IMG/VR virus record: IMGVR_UViG_3300034066_001434 | Location: 1-55,845 of that record | DNA from: a virus | Lineage: Duplodnaviria > Caudoviricetes | DNA: 55,845 nt | Strand: one strand, 5' to 3' | Shown here: piece by piece, positions 8,632-17,761 of the stretch | Layout of the letters: each line of letters begins with the position of its first letter | Position numbering within the stretch: the first letter of the stretch is position 1 | Made by a program: the position numbers and the translations under genes | The notes under the pieces: model-generated | What the model saw: only the letters and a program-made list of their open reading frames with translations | Databases searched by the model: none | What the model was told of the DNA's origin: nothing

Positions 8632-8966
8632 TGTCTTTCTTTGAACATGAATTAATTCGTGATGAATTAGAGGAGATGACTAATCTCTATCAAGAAATTT
8701 CTTTCTTGATGTATAGTCCACATGAAAAATCTGAAGATACTCGTAGAGAATGTTTAGATAAATTAGAAAGACTTGTAGAACTTCAAGAGCTTCTATATTT
8801 TAGAGCGAAGTATTCTAGTGATGCCGAAGCCAACGACTTTGTAGAAATGCTTCGTGCCTCAGCAGCTTTTCTCGGGGTGTCCATGGACATTGATGTGTCA
8901 CAAATCTTCATCCAGATGAAGGAGGACATTTCCAAAGCCAAGGAAGGGCTTGACAAATCTGTCTGA
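8631..8966 (+). CDS. Hypothetical protein (DUF1825-like)
   Basis: MSFF..ELIRDEL...LVELQELLYFR..S; lies between gp59 and gp32. Confidence 0.65.
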   Translation: MSFFEHELIRDELEEMTNLYQEISFLMYSPHEKSEDTRRECLDKLERLVELQELLYFRAKYSSDAEANDFVEMLRASAAFLGVSMDIDVSQIFIQMKEDISKAKEGLDKSV

Positions 8967-8978
8967 ACCTGCTACCAT
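8950..8978 (+). promoter_or_regulatory. Sigma70-like promoter for gp32
   Basis: TTGACA (8950-8955), 17 bp, TACCAT (8973-8978) preceded by TGC. Confidence 0.75.
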
Positions 8979-9040
8979 AGTCTCATGGGTTCAGGTTCCC
9001 AGGCCAAATCCATTTAATCCAACCAATACGGAGAATACAC

Positions 9041-9937
9041 ATGTCATTTGCAACACTCAAGCGTAACTCAACATCTGCTTTTGATAAGCTAACCCAGGAA
9101 ATCGAAAAAATGACCACCACTGAAAGTGGTGCCGATGAACGTTTCTGGAAGCCAGAGATGGACAAATCAGGTAATGGTTATGCAGTAATTCGTTTCCTTC
9201 CCGCTCCTGAAGGGGAAGACGTTCCTTGGGCAAAAGTCTGGAGCCACGCTTTCCAAGGTCCTGGCGGATGGTATATCGAAAACTCTCTAACTACCCTCAA
9301 CAAGAAAGATCCAGTCGGTGAACTGAATCGTCAACTTTGGAACAGTGGTAGTGAGAAGGACAAAGAAATTGCTCGCAAACAAAAGCGTAAACTATCATAT
9401 TACAGCAACATCTACGTAATCACAGATCCTGCCCATCCAGAGAACGAAGGTAAAGTGTTCCTGTATAAGTTTGGCAAGAAGATCTTTGATAAGATCACTG
9501 AAGCTATGCAACCTGCATTTGCAGATGAGAAGGCAATCAACCCATTTGACTTCTGGACTGGTGCTGACTTCAAAATTAAGCTTCGTAAGGTTGATGGTTA
9601 TTGGAACTATGATAAGTCTGAGTTTTCTGGACCAGGCACTCTAGGTGGATTTGATGATGATCAACTAGAAAAAATCTATTCCAAGACTCATAGCCTAGCT
9701 CAGTTCTCTGCCGAAGATAACTTCAAGTCTTATGAAGAACTTCATAAGCGTCTGGATGCAGTTCTAAATTCTCGTCCCGCACCACGAATTGATCGTGAAA
9801 CGTATGAGGATGAGCAAGAAACTACAGTAGAATCTTTCGCTGCTAGTGCTGCTCCTTCCTTCTCTTCTCGTTCTAGCCGAAACGAAGACGAAGACGACAC
9901 TCTAAGCTACTTTGCTCGACTAGCTGAGGAAGACTGA
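9041..9937 (+). CDS. gp32: Single-stranded DNA-binding protein gp32
   Basis: DERFWK, GNGYAVIRFLPA, GWYIEN, GKKIFDKI, NYDKSEF, acidic tail; GGAG RBS. Confidence 0.97.
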   Translation: MSFATLKRNSTSAFDKLTQEIEKMTTTESGADERFWKPEMDKSGNGYAVIRFLPAPEGEDVPWAKVWSHAFQGPGGWYIENSLTTLNKKDPVGELNRQLWNSGSEKDKEIARKQKRKLSYYSNIYVITDPAHPENEGKVFLYKFGKKIFDKITEAMQPAFADEKAINPFDFWTGADFKIKLRKVDGYWNYDKSEFSGPGTLGGFDDDQLEKIYSKTHSLAQFSAEDNFKSYEELHKRLDAVLNSRPAPRIDRETYEDEQETTVESFAASAAPSFSSRSSRNEDEDDTLSYFARLAEED

Positions 9938-9945
9938 TAAGATTG

Positions 9946-9974
9946 AGGGGGGACTTAGATCCCCCCCTTTTTTT
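9946..9974 (+). terminator. Rho-independent terminator between convergent gp32 and gp53
   Basis: AGGGGGGA-CTTAGA-TCCCCCCCT followed by T run. Confidence 0.88.
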
Positions 9975-10656
9975 ATACTTCTTCTGAAAATCTTACTCCT
10001 GCAGAATCAATTTTATACTTGGTATCATATTTAAACAATGAAGCAATTTCATCTTGCATTGTAGTTAAATATTCTGGACGAATTATAAATATTTCTTTTT
10101 TATTTTGATTTTCTCTATATTCAAATTCTCTATTTGTAACCGGAGTCATTACTTGAGATCCTGATAACACTAACCCACTTGGAGTAGTTAATGTAAATAC
10201 ACTTACTAATTGATTTTGACTGTTGAGATATGATGGGTAATATCCAGCTGCTTGTTGTTGAGGTCTCCCTTCATTATACTCTATAATTTGCCCACCTTTT
10301 AGAATTAGTATGTTTCCTTCATACAATTCATTTGTTTCCCAAAATTTAACATCATTTTGCTTATCTCCATATTTATTTTCTATAGATTTATCCAATTCAT
10401 AATCAGCCAGTGGCCAGTCATTATATACATCAATAATGTTATTCAATAACAATATTGTCCAATACCAGTCAGTAGATCCATATTTTTTTTCTGAAATTTG
10501 TTCAGGAGTTTCTCCTGATTGAACCATGTATTTTGTTGATGCAATATACAATGCATTAATGTTATCACGAAATCTAACTCTACGAAATAGATTTTTTGAT
10601 AACTTCATTCCATTTTTATACGGATAATAAAAATTTGGTTGTGAATCAAAAAACAT
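9973..10656 (-). CDS. gp53: Baseplate wedge subunit gp53 (LysM-like)
   Basis: YMVQSGETPEQISEKKYGSTDWYWTILLLNNI.D...DWP; TNREFE...N..KKEI. Confidence 0.88.
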   Translation of the reverse strand: MFFDSQPNFYYPYKNGMKLSKNLFRRVRFRDNINALYIASTKYMVQSGETPEQISEKKYGSTDWYWTILLLNNIIDVYNDWPLADYELDKSIENKYGDKQNDVKFWETNELYEGNILILKGGQIIEYNEGRPQQQAAGYYPSYLNSQNQLVSVFTLTTPSGLVLSGSQVMTPVTNREFEYRENQNKKEIFIIRPEYLTTMQDEIASLFKYDTKYKIDSAGVRFSEEV

Positions 10657-10658
10657 TT

Positions 10659-11636
10659 TTAATATCCTCCAGCTTGGTTTAGAACATCTTTGGATGTGAT
10701 TATTTCTGTCTCTGCAAAATTCAAGTTTAAATCATATGCAATTGGTGCGGGACCACTCAATCCTGTTGAAGAAGTATTGATATGAGTTGCCCATACATTA
10801 TCTGGAGTATAGTTTACTGATACTGATTTCAGTACACACGGTTTAATTTTTGGAAGCGATTGAATTCTGGTACTTGTTCCAGCCTGAATCCAGTTTAATT
10901 GAAAAATATTTGGAACAGTTAACCATCTATCACTTAATTGTAAAGTAGGAGTATTATCAGTTTGTGGTTGATTTTCCGCCATAACTCCACTTCCACTATA
11001 ATTTGGTAGAGAATAATATCTTAATGATTTAATTATATTGTGAATTCTAGATTGTTCATCTTTATTCCTAGGAACTAATTTCCATGAGAAATTAAATTCT
11101 CTCATTCCAATTCCTTTAAATACTTGTTCAGTATATGGATTTAAAATTTTTCCCCCAATTCCTTGAGTAAGTAATTCTGCATTTGGGGCACCTGGAACGT
11201 TAGATAATTGTTTCATCAATAATTCCACTGCTCCCCCAGAAGCCATTTTACTTAAAATGGCTCCAGCTTCCCCCCCGCCTGCAGCTATATTTCCTGCTAA
11301 TGCAGGGGCTAATTTTCCAAGTATTCCTGCAGGTTCGGTGGACCAAGTTAATTGATCATCGTATTTAATATCATTTGGAATAGGCAACATAAGAGTTGCC
11401 AAAGATTTTCTTTGATTTTTGGTTGTTGTAGATCCTGAAATTGTATTGATTTGATTTAATGATTGTATATTTGATACTGAAGTAGATTCAATTCCTCCTT
11501 GCCCAGATCTAGAAATAGGAATATATTCAACCACATTAATTTTTAGCATATCAAACTTATCAATGTTATTTGGCCAAAATAAATTTTCGCCAAATGTATT
11601 ACTTTCATATTCGTAATCTTTACTTATAGTAGCCAT
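10659..11636 (-). CDS. gp48: Baseplate tail-tube cap gp48
   Basis: NPYTEQVFKGIGMREFNFSWKLVPRN.DE; CVLKSVSVNYTPD; LNFAETEIIT. Confidence 0.88.
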   Translation of the reverse strand: MATISKDYEYESNTFGENLFWPNNIDKFDMLKINVVEYIPISRSGQGGIESTSVSNIQSLNQINTISGSTTTKNQRKSLATLMLPIPNDIKYDDQLTWSTEPAGILGKLAPALAGNIAAGGGEAGAILSKMASGGAVELLMKQLSNVPGAPNAELLTQGIGGKILNPYTEQVFKGIGMREFNFSWKLVPRNKDEQSRIHNIIKSLRYYSLPNYSGSGVMAENQPQTDNTPTLQLSDRWLTVPNIFQLNWIQAGTSTRIQSLPKIKPCVLKSVSVNYTPDNVWATHINTSSTGLSGPAPIAYDLNLNFAETEIITSKDVLNQAGGY

Positions 11637-11675
11637 AAATAGTTTATGATATGCCCTTTATAATAAGTATTTATG
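11634..11675. promoter_or_regulatory. Pair of oppositely oriented T4-type late promoters
   Basis: CATAAATA on + (11634-11641) and CATAAATA on - (11675-11668), each overlapping the start codon of the opposite gene. Confidence 0.75.
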
Positions 11676-12110
11676 AATACTCTTAAAGGAAAATACGTTC
11701 CTAAGAATATTCACAAATATAAAGGAGACTATAAAAATATAATTTATAGATCTTCTTGGGAATTGAAGTTTATGAAATATTGTGACACCAGGCCAAATGT
11801 ATTGGAGTGGGGATCTGAAGAGATTGTTATCCCATATAGGTCTCCATTAGATAATAGAATTCATAGATATTTTGTAGATTTTTATGTTAAGATTCAAGAT
11901 TCTAATGGAAATATTAATAAGTATCTAATTGAAATAAAACCGAGTAAACAAACAGTTCCGCCAAAAAAACCTCAACGACAAACAAAAAGTTATATCTATG
12001 AAGTAACTGAGTATGTAAAAAATCAAGCCAAGTGGAAAGCTGCCAAAGAATTCTGTGATGATAGAATGTGGAAATTTAAAATCCTCACAGAGTCGGAGTT
12101 AAAAGTATGA
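11673..12110 (+). CDS. gp4: Head completion nuclease gp4
   Basis: KYKGD..NIIYRSSWE.KFM..CD, WGSEEI.IPY, HRYFVDF, EIKP, NQAKW. Confidence 0.95.
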   Translation: MNTLKGKYVPKNIHKYKGDYKNIIYRSSWELKFMKYCDTRPNVLEWGSEEIVIPYRSPLDNRIHRYFVDFYVKIQDSNGNINKYLIEIKPSKQTVPPKKPQRQTKSYIYEVTEYVKNQAKWKAAKEFCDDRMWKFKILTESELKV

Positions 12111-12667
12111 AAAGAGAAGTATCGGCTAGAACTAAAAACACACCACAGTTAAATATATTTGAGCAAGTAGATAAACTCTTAAAAAATGATAAGGGATTTT
12201 ATAGTAAAAGTTATAGTTGGTACAAAGATAATGTTGCTGCAGTGGCTAGAAAAAATGACATCTATAAAACTTTAGTCACTCTCGATGAAACTCTGATTCC
12301 TTCTGGCGGCAATTTATACTTATTTGAATACAATGCAACTTGGGCAAGAAAGCTTCCATACTATGATGAATTTCCTCTAGTTTATATGCTTCAGGGAGGA
12401 AGAAAATTTTTCGGTGCGAATTTACATTACTTAAACTATTCTACTAGATATAAAGTTTTAAACAGTATCATAGATGGACGACCAACAATTCCGAAACAGT
12501 GCTTTCATAATTATGTTTATGAAGGTCTTGATACACCGCTATTTAAAATAAATAGAGAAGATTGGATTAAATCTATTTTTTTGCCTTTGGAAAGTTTTGT
12601 AAGTCGGCAAAGGGGATCATATAAACAAATAAGTAAATCTTTTGTGTGGGGGGATTCTAAAAGATGA
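12107..12667 (+). CDS. gp2: DNA end protector gp2-like
   Basis: LPYYDEFPLV...GANLHYL motif; follows gp4. Confidence 0.8.
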   Translation: MKREVSARTKNTPQLNIFEQVDKLLKNDKGFYSKSYSWYKDNVAAVARKNDIYKTLVTLDETLIPSGGNLYLFEYNATWARKLPYYDEFPLVYMLQGGRKFFGANLHYLNYSTRYKVLNSIIDGRPTIPKQCFHNYVYEGLDTPLFKINREDWIKSIFLPLESFVSRQRGSYKQISKSFVWGDSKR

Positions 12668-13503
12668 GTTCAAAATTAATAGCTAGTGATATTAAAAATT
12701 TTAATGATTTTAGAGCTTACATTTCAAAATATGGATTTTCTATTAACAATTTTTATGATGTTCAATTTTTGATTGGTAATACTGGATCCAGTTTTTTTAA
12801 TAGTGTATTTACAAGATCAATAAATTCAAATTCAAATAGTGATCAATATATCAGAGAATTGATGAGATTGTATGCAGATGAGTGTTCTATTCCAGGATAT
12901 GCGATTTCTACTGGAGACTTTAGAATAACTAATAGTCCAAATATGAAGTATGGGTATGGAATAGTAAATAATGAACTGACGATTTCTTTTATTTCCGATG
13001 CAGATTCGGAGATAAGACAAACTTTTGATGCATGGGGAAATTATATTTACGGTGGAATTTCTTCAAATACAAATGCTCCAATAAAAAATGCTCTCAATAT
13101 TAATTCCGTGAATGATTTAGGCAGAACTAGATATAAAGACGATTATGTTTTAGATATAGTTATCGTTAAACTAGAACGATATAGGAGTAGTAAACGAAAT
13201 TCTGGATCTCTTACAGATCCACTTACAGGAGAATTTAAAGGAGTTCCATTGAGTAGATTGTTCCCAGGAACAGATCCATCACAACTAACTGATACCAAAT
13301 CTTTATTTGGAGAAGCTAAACAAGTTTATTCGGTTAGGCTTCAAAATGCATTTCCCACAACAATTTCTGCAATTCCTTTAAATAGTGGTGCATCTCAGTT
13401 AGTAAAATTACAAGTTACTTTTGAATATGATATGGCAGTACCAGCTTCTCAAACTGGAGGTACTGTAGATTCTGGAGGAACTTGGGCAACCTTAGCAAAG
13501 TAG
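12664..13503 (+). CDS. Baseplate tail-tube initiator (gp54 / tail-tube fold)
   Basis: CSIPG, RQTFDAW, NAFPTTISAIPL...KLQVTFEY tail-tube-family motifs; synteny. Confidence 0.7.
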   Translation: MSSKLIASDIKNFNDFRAYISKYGFSINNFYDVQFLIGNTGSSFFNSVFTRSINSNSNSDQYIRELMRLYADECSIPGYAISTGDFRITNSPNMKYGYGIVNNELTISFISDADSEIRQTFDAWGNYIYGGISSNTNAPIKNALNINSVNDLGRTRYKDDYVLDIVIVKLERYRSSKRNSGSLTDPLTGEFKGVPLSRLFPGTDPSQLTDTKSLFGEAKQVYSVRLQNAFPTTISAIPLNSGASQLVKLQVTFEYDMAVPASQTGGTVDSGGTWATLAK

Positions 13504-13511
13504 CCTAAATA
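13504..13511 (+). promoter_or_regulatory. Late promoter-like motif upstream of gp26
   Basis: CCTAAATA 26 nt before the ATG. Confidence 0.55.
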
Positions 13512-13536
13512 ATTTTAAATTATATCATAATTCACT

Positions 13537-14247
13537 ATGCCTTTACCTAAATTAGTTGCTCCAACATATGACTTGGAATTACCATCCACAGGTCAAAAAA
13601 TCAAATACAGACCATTTCTAGTAAAAGAAGAAAAAGTTCTTTTACTTGCTATGGAATCTGAAGATGAAAAACAGATGATTAATGCAGTTCAAACTATTTT
13701 GAAAAACTGCATTAGTACAAAATTGAAGATTGAAGATCTTTCAGTTTTTGATATCGAATATCTATTTCTTAATATTCGTGCAAAGTCTGTGGGCGAAGAA
13801 ATTGAATTAAATGTTACATGTCCAGATGATGGTGAGACTGTTGTTCCAATTACTTTAAATGTTGAAGACATTAAGGTTCAAAAATCAGATGAACATGAAC
13901 GAATCATTCCTTTGACTAGTGCTATTTCAATTGCTATGAAGTACCCAAGTATGGAAATGTTTGTTCAAAACAATTTTACGGGAAATATGAAGACTGAAAA
14001 TGTATTCGATCTAGCTTCATCTTGTATTGAACAAGTAATTGAAGGAGATGAAGTATATGAAGTGAAGAGTTTTAGTAAAAAAGAAGTTACTGAATTTTTA
14101 GATAGTCTTGACACAAATCAATTCCTGAAAATTCAAAAATTCTTTGAGACTATGCCAAAACTAAAACATACAATCAAAGTAACAAATCCAAATACTAAAA
14201 AAGATAATGAAATAGTTATTGAGGGTCTTGCATCTTTTTTCGCATAG
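13537..14247 (+). CDS. gp26: Baseplate hub assembly protein gp26
   Basis: MPLPK...YRPFLVKEEKVLL, FDIEYLFLNIRAKSVGE, FFETMPKL, EGLASFF. Confidence 0.9.
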   Translation: MPLPKLVAPTYDLELPSTGQKIKYRPFLVKEEKVLLLAMESEDEKQMINAVQTILKNCISTKLKIEDLSVFDIEYLFLNIRAKSVGEEIELNVTCPDDGETVVPITLNVEDIKVQKSDEHERIIPLTSAISIAMKYPSMEMFVQNNFTGNMKTENVFDLASSCIEQVIEGDEVYEVKSFSKKEVTEFLDSLDTNQFLKIQKFFETMPKLKHTIKVTNPNTKKDNEIVIEGLASFFA

Positions 14248-14429
14248 CACTAGCGCATCAATCGCTAGAGAATTATTTTCGTGTGAACTTTATATTACTT
14301 CAACATCACAAGTGGCCTTTAACTGATATTGAATTTATGATTCCATGGGAACGAGATGTATATGTACAGATGTTAGCCGATTTTATTGAAGAACAAAATA
14401 ATAAAAATAAAACATCTCAGCCACTATAA
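14235..14429 (+). CDS. gp51: gp51-like baseplate hub assembly catalyst segment, probably reached by -1 frameshift from gp26
   Basis: -1 frame reads FFRIALAHQSLENYFRVNFILLQHHKWPLTDIEFMIPWERDVYVQMLADFIEEQN...; no ATG/GTG/TTG before the conserved SLENY motif. Confidence 0.75.
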   Translation, partial: FFRIALAHQSLENYFRVNFILLQHHKWPLTDIEFMIPWERDVYVQMLADFIEEQNNKNKTSQPL

Positions 14430-14433
14430 CCCA

Positions 14434-17400
14434 ATGGCACTTTCACTTTTTAGTTTAAAGAAAACAACTTCACCAAAAGTAACTTCTTTTGTAGATCCAA
14501 CTAAGTTTGGTGGAGTGGCTTCTAATGCAAACAAACAAACTTTAAAAAGTGAAGTTGCCCAAAAATCAATTTCAAATAAACAATTAAAAGAACTTAGTTA
14601 TATTAGAAGATCACTAGATGTATTGATAAGTATTGAGAAAAGACATTTTGAATTTTTAGGTGATGCAATTAAAAAATTTGTATTAAATGAAGATAAAAAT
14701 CAATTAAGAGAAGAAGAAGCTCTCCAAGAATCTGAACCAAAAAAAGATAAAAATGAAAAAAATCCTATATTAAAAGAAGGAAAGCAAAGACTTGAAGGAT
14801 TTGGAAATTTTCTTCAGGGATTAATCAAAATTTTTATTACATATAAAATTCTTGAGTGGGCAGGTAATCCACAGAATATCAAAAAAATTCAAGACTTTGT
14901 AAATCTTTTTACGGGGATATTTAAATTTTTAAATGCTATTGTAGGATTTGGCATAGATAAACTTTTCAGTGGAATTTCTAAATTAGTAGACGGGGAAGGA
15001 GTAACAAGAGTATTTGGGTTTTTAGAAGCTGCTGTTGGATTTTTTACTTTAAAGTGGTTATTAAATCCCACTAAAATAATTTCTGATATTAAAATGATTG
15101 GAAACCTTTTCACGAAGGTTATTCCAAATGCTATTAATACTGTTATAAATTTCTTTACTAATTTAATTCCAAAGGCTGCTGCCGATTCTGCCACAGAAGC
15201 ATTGGGGCAAGCAGCAAACCAGCTTCCAGGGGAAGCCGCAGATGCTGCTAGAACTGGCTCCGCCGCCGCAGAGGGGGCTACTACAGCAGCATCTGCGGCT
15301 AGAACTGGTTCTGCCGCCGCAGGAGCAGCTACTACAGCAGCAGGAGCAGCTACTACAGCAGCAGGAGCTGCTGCTACGGCTGCGAAAGGGGGAGCTAAGG
15401 TAACTGGAAAAAGTATACTAAAAGCACTTCCAGTTATTGGTGCAATATCCAGTGGAATTTTTGCAGCAGATAGAGCCACTAAAGGTGATTGGACTGGTGC
15501 TGGAATGGAGGTTGCATCTGGAGTTGCATCCTTGCTGCCTGGATGGGGAACCGTAGCATCTTTAGGAATTGATGCCGCATTGATTGGCAGAGATATAGCA
15601 AAGGATCAGGGCATTCCTATGCTAGCTAAAGGAGGAATTGTAACTAAACCAACTCAGGCTATAGTTGGGGAAGCAGGACCAGAAGCAATCCTTCCACTTG
15701 ATAAATTGGGGTCATTTGGAATAGATCAGTTTGCGGGAAAAGTTAATAAACAAATTCCAAAATTTATCAAACTTTTAACTTTACCGTTTAAAATTGTTGG
15801 TGCAGGTATTGTTGCATTAATATCATCCAGTATATCTAAGATCCCCGGACTAGGGCCAATATTGATGCCATTGATTTCTAATGTTGCATCTATGTTTGGA
15901 ATTCCTCCAGGATTAGTGAAAGGAATGTCTAACTTTGCATCAACAGCAATGAAAACTGTTGGTCAAGGATTGTCTAATGTAACAGAAATATTCGGGGGAG
16001 AAGATCCTAAAATTTCTAAGACTGATGCAGATGAATTTAAACCATCTGGAGATACATCAGTTAGAGGATTGTTGGGAGATATACTTGGTGCATTGATTAG
16101 CAAGAATGGATCAGATAACTCACAGTCACCGACTTCAACGGGAGGAGCAGGCGGCGGTGGGGGGTCTCCAGGTGGGTCTCCTTCTGCATCTGAAAGTGGA
16201 AACGGAGCAGCTGCACCAGTAGATACTGCAAAACAATCTATTGGAAAAGTAGGTGGATTTAGAGAAGATGGAACTCTCAAGGGAGTTCAAGGAACTACTC
16301 AAGTAGTATCAAATACTCGTGGAGGGGGAACTATAGAAGAACATTCTCCAGGGGCAGGATTAAAACCAGTCATCAATGGAAACAAAAAATACTGGTATAA
16401 TTCTCATGGAGATGTATTTAGATGGGAAAAACCAGGAGATCCATTAACTGACATTACTACAAACAGACTATTTGATTCTAAAACTCTAGGTGGCACATTA
16501 GTTAGAATACCTTCAAGTGGAGAGGTCAAAATTCTGAAGGGAATGTTTGGTGGAGATCAAACTGCAGTTGGAATGTATAATTATCAGATGAATAAGATTT
16601 TAAAATCTAGAGGAGTGAGTGGAAGAGGAACTGATACAAAGGATGCATGGGAGACTCCACAGAATGGAAAATATGGGGAACCTGCAAAATTTATTATTGG
16701 TGGAGGGAATGTACATGGTTCTGGGATTGGAGACAAGTATCCTGCAGTATTAGAAAATAATGAATATGTATTGAATAGAAATGCAGTTGCAGGTATGGGG
16801 GGAGCGAAAGAATTAGATAAAATTAATTTTGGAATGTTCCCTAGATTTGGTTCTTCAAAAATGTCTCAAATTACAAGGAACGAAAATAAAGCTAGTGGAG
16901 ATGGAAGACCAAGAACAAAGTTTCAAATTGGAGGAGCTGCGATATTAGAAGGTGCTAAAAAAATAGTTGGTATGGGTAAAGGTCAGGGAGACATGTGTGC
17001 AGTAACAACTAGAGCTGCATTAAGAGCTGCTGGACATCCTGCTGCAGGAAAGGTTACTCAGAAAGGCGATCTAGATTCCGAGGGGACAAAATATAATGGA
17101 GTAAGATATGCAGCTTCTTTTGCTGGAAGTGATATGGGAGCAGTGGTTAAACAAGCATCCAATCTTCAAGCTGGAGATGTTGTTTTGTGGAAAGGTGGAA
17201 ATGGATATCCTGCAGGTGCTATTACCCATGTAGGAATTAAAGGAGAAGGAAATGATTTATGGCATCATGGTAGAGCTGCTGGATTTAGAAAAGCTAGTAT
17301 GTACACAAGTTCTGGAGGCCAAACATTTGCTGCTGGAATTCGTTTAGGTGCATCTGGAACTACTACGGATGCGTCTGAAAAAAATACTGGGTCGTCATCT

Positions 17401-17760
17401 GGTGGAGACACTTCTTCTGCACCAAATTGGGACTCTATTACACAACATTTAGGAAGTTTGTTCAAGATAATGAACTCTTCTAGTACAGATCAAATAAATG
17501 CTGCGGCAACTCCTCCAGCTCCAAAACTTCCTCCAGTATCTGGAACTCCTCCAAGATCATCACAATCTTTGCAAGCTGCTCAACAAGAAAATATTAGAAC
17601 TGAAGCTCAAAGAAGGTCTGCAACAAAATCTGGAGGTGCTGTAGTTCCTATTAATATTCCAGGCAAAACAGTTACTGAATCTACTACTCAACCAATGGTT
17701 CAGCCATTGGGAAGAACTACACCTCCAGTTACACAAACTGTTTATCCAATAGCACCATAA
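14434..17760 (+). CDS. Tape-measure/baseplate-hub (gp29-like) protein with C-terminal CHAP/NlpC-P60-like amidase domain
   Basis: Helical hydrophobic repeats, GGIVTKPT.AIVGEAGPEA motif, Gly/Ser linkers, MCAVTTR...GDVVLW...HVGI...HHG; ATG at 14434. Confidence 0.75.
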   Translation: MALSLFSLKKTTSPKVTSFVDPTKFGGVASNANKQTLKSEVAQKSISNKQLKELSYIRRSLDVLISIEKRHFEFLGDAIKKFVLNEDKNQLREEEALQESEPKKDKNEKNPILKEGKQRLEGFGNFLQGLIKIFITYKILEWAGNPQNIKKIQDFVNLFTGIFKFLNAIVGFGIDKLFSGISKLVDGEGVTRVFGFLEAAVGFFTLKWLLNPTKIISDIKMIGNLFTKVIPNAINTVINFFTNLIPKAAADSATEALGQAANQLPGEAADAARTGSAAAEGATTAASAARTGSAAAGAATTAAGAATTAAGAAATAAKGGAKVTGKSILKALPVIGAISSGIFAADRATKGDWTGAGMEVASGVASLLPGWGTVASLGIDAALIGRDIAKDQGIPMLAKGGIVTKPTQAIVGEAGPEAILPLDKLGSFGIDQFAGKVNKQIPKFIKLLTLPFKIVGAGIVALISSSISKIPGLGPILMPLISNVASMFGIPPGLVKGMSNFASTAMKTVGQGLSNVTEIFGGEDPKISKTDADEFKPSGDTSVRGLLGDILGALISKNGSDNSQSPTSTGGAGGGGGSPGGSPSASESGNGAAAPVDTAKQSIGKVGGFREDGTLKGVQGTTQVVSNTRGGGTIEEHSPGAGLKPVINGNKKYWYNSHGDVFRWEKPGDPLTDITTNRLFDSKTLGGTLVRIPSSGEVKILKGMFGGDQTAVGMYNYQMNKILKSRGVSGRGTDTKDAWETPQNGKYGEPAKFIIGGGNVHGSGIGDKYPAVLENNEYVLNRNAVAGMGGAKELDKINFGMFPRFGSSKMSQITRNENKASGDGRPRTKFQIGGAAILEGAKKIVGMGKGQGDMCAVTTRAALRAAGHPAAGKVTQKGDLDSEGTKYNGVRYAASFAGSDMGAVVKQASNLQAGDVVLWKGGNGYPAGAITHVGIKGEGNDLWHHGRAAGFRKASMYTSSGGQTFAAGIRLGASGTTTDASEKNTGSSSGGDTSSAPNWDSITQHLGSLFKIMNSSSTDQINAAATPPAPKLPPVSGTPPRSSQSLQAAQQENIRTEAQRRSATKSGGAVVPINIPGKTVTESTTQPMVQPLGRTTPPVTQTVYPIAP
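15247..15381 (+). repeat. In-frame tandem repeats encoding an Ala/Thr-rich tract
   Basis: Two ~51-nt units starting GCTAGAACTGG (15247, 15298) and 21-nt GCAGGAGCAGCTACTACAGCA twice (15319, 15340) plus a degenerate third copy. Confidence 0.85.
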
Positions 17761-17761
17761 G

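Noticed and set aside
14386-14433. TTG start for the tape-measure-like ORF
   Set aside because: It overlaps the gp51-like frame; ATG 14434 follows that stop by 4 nt
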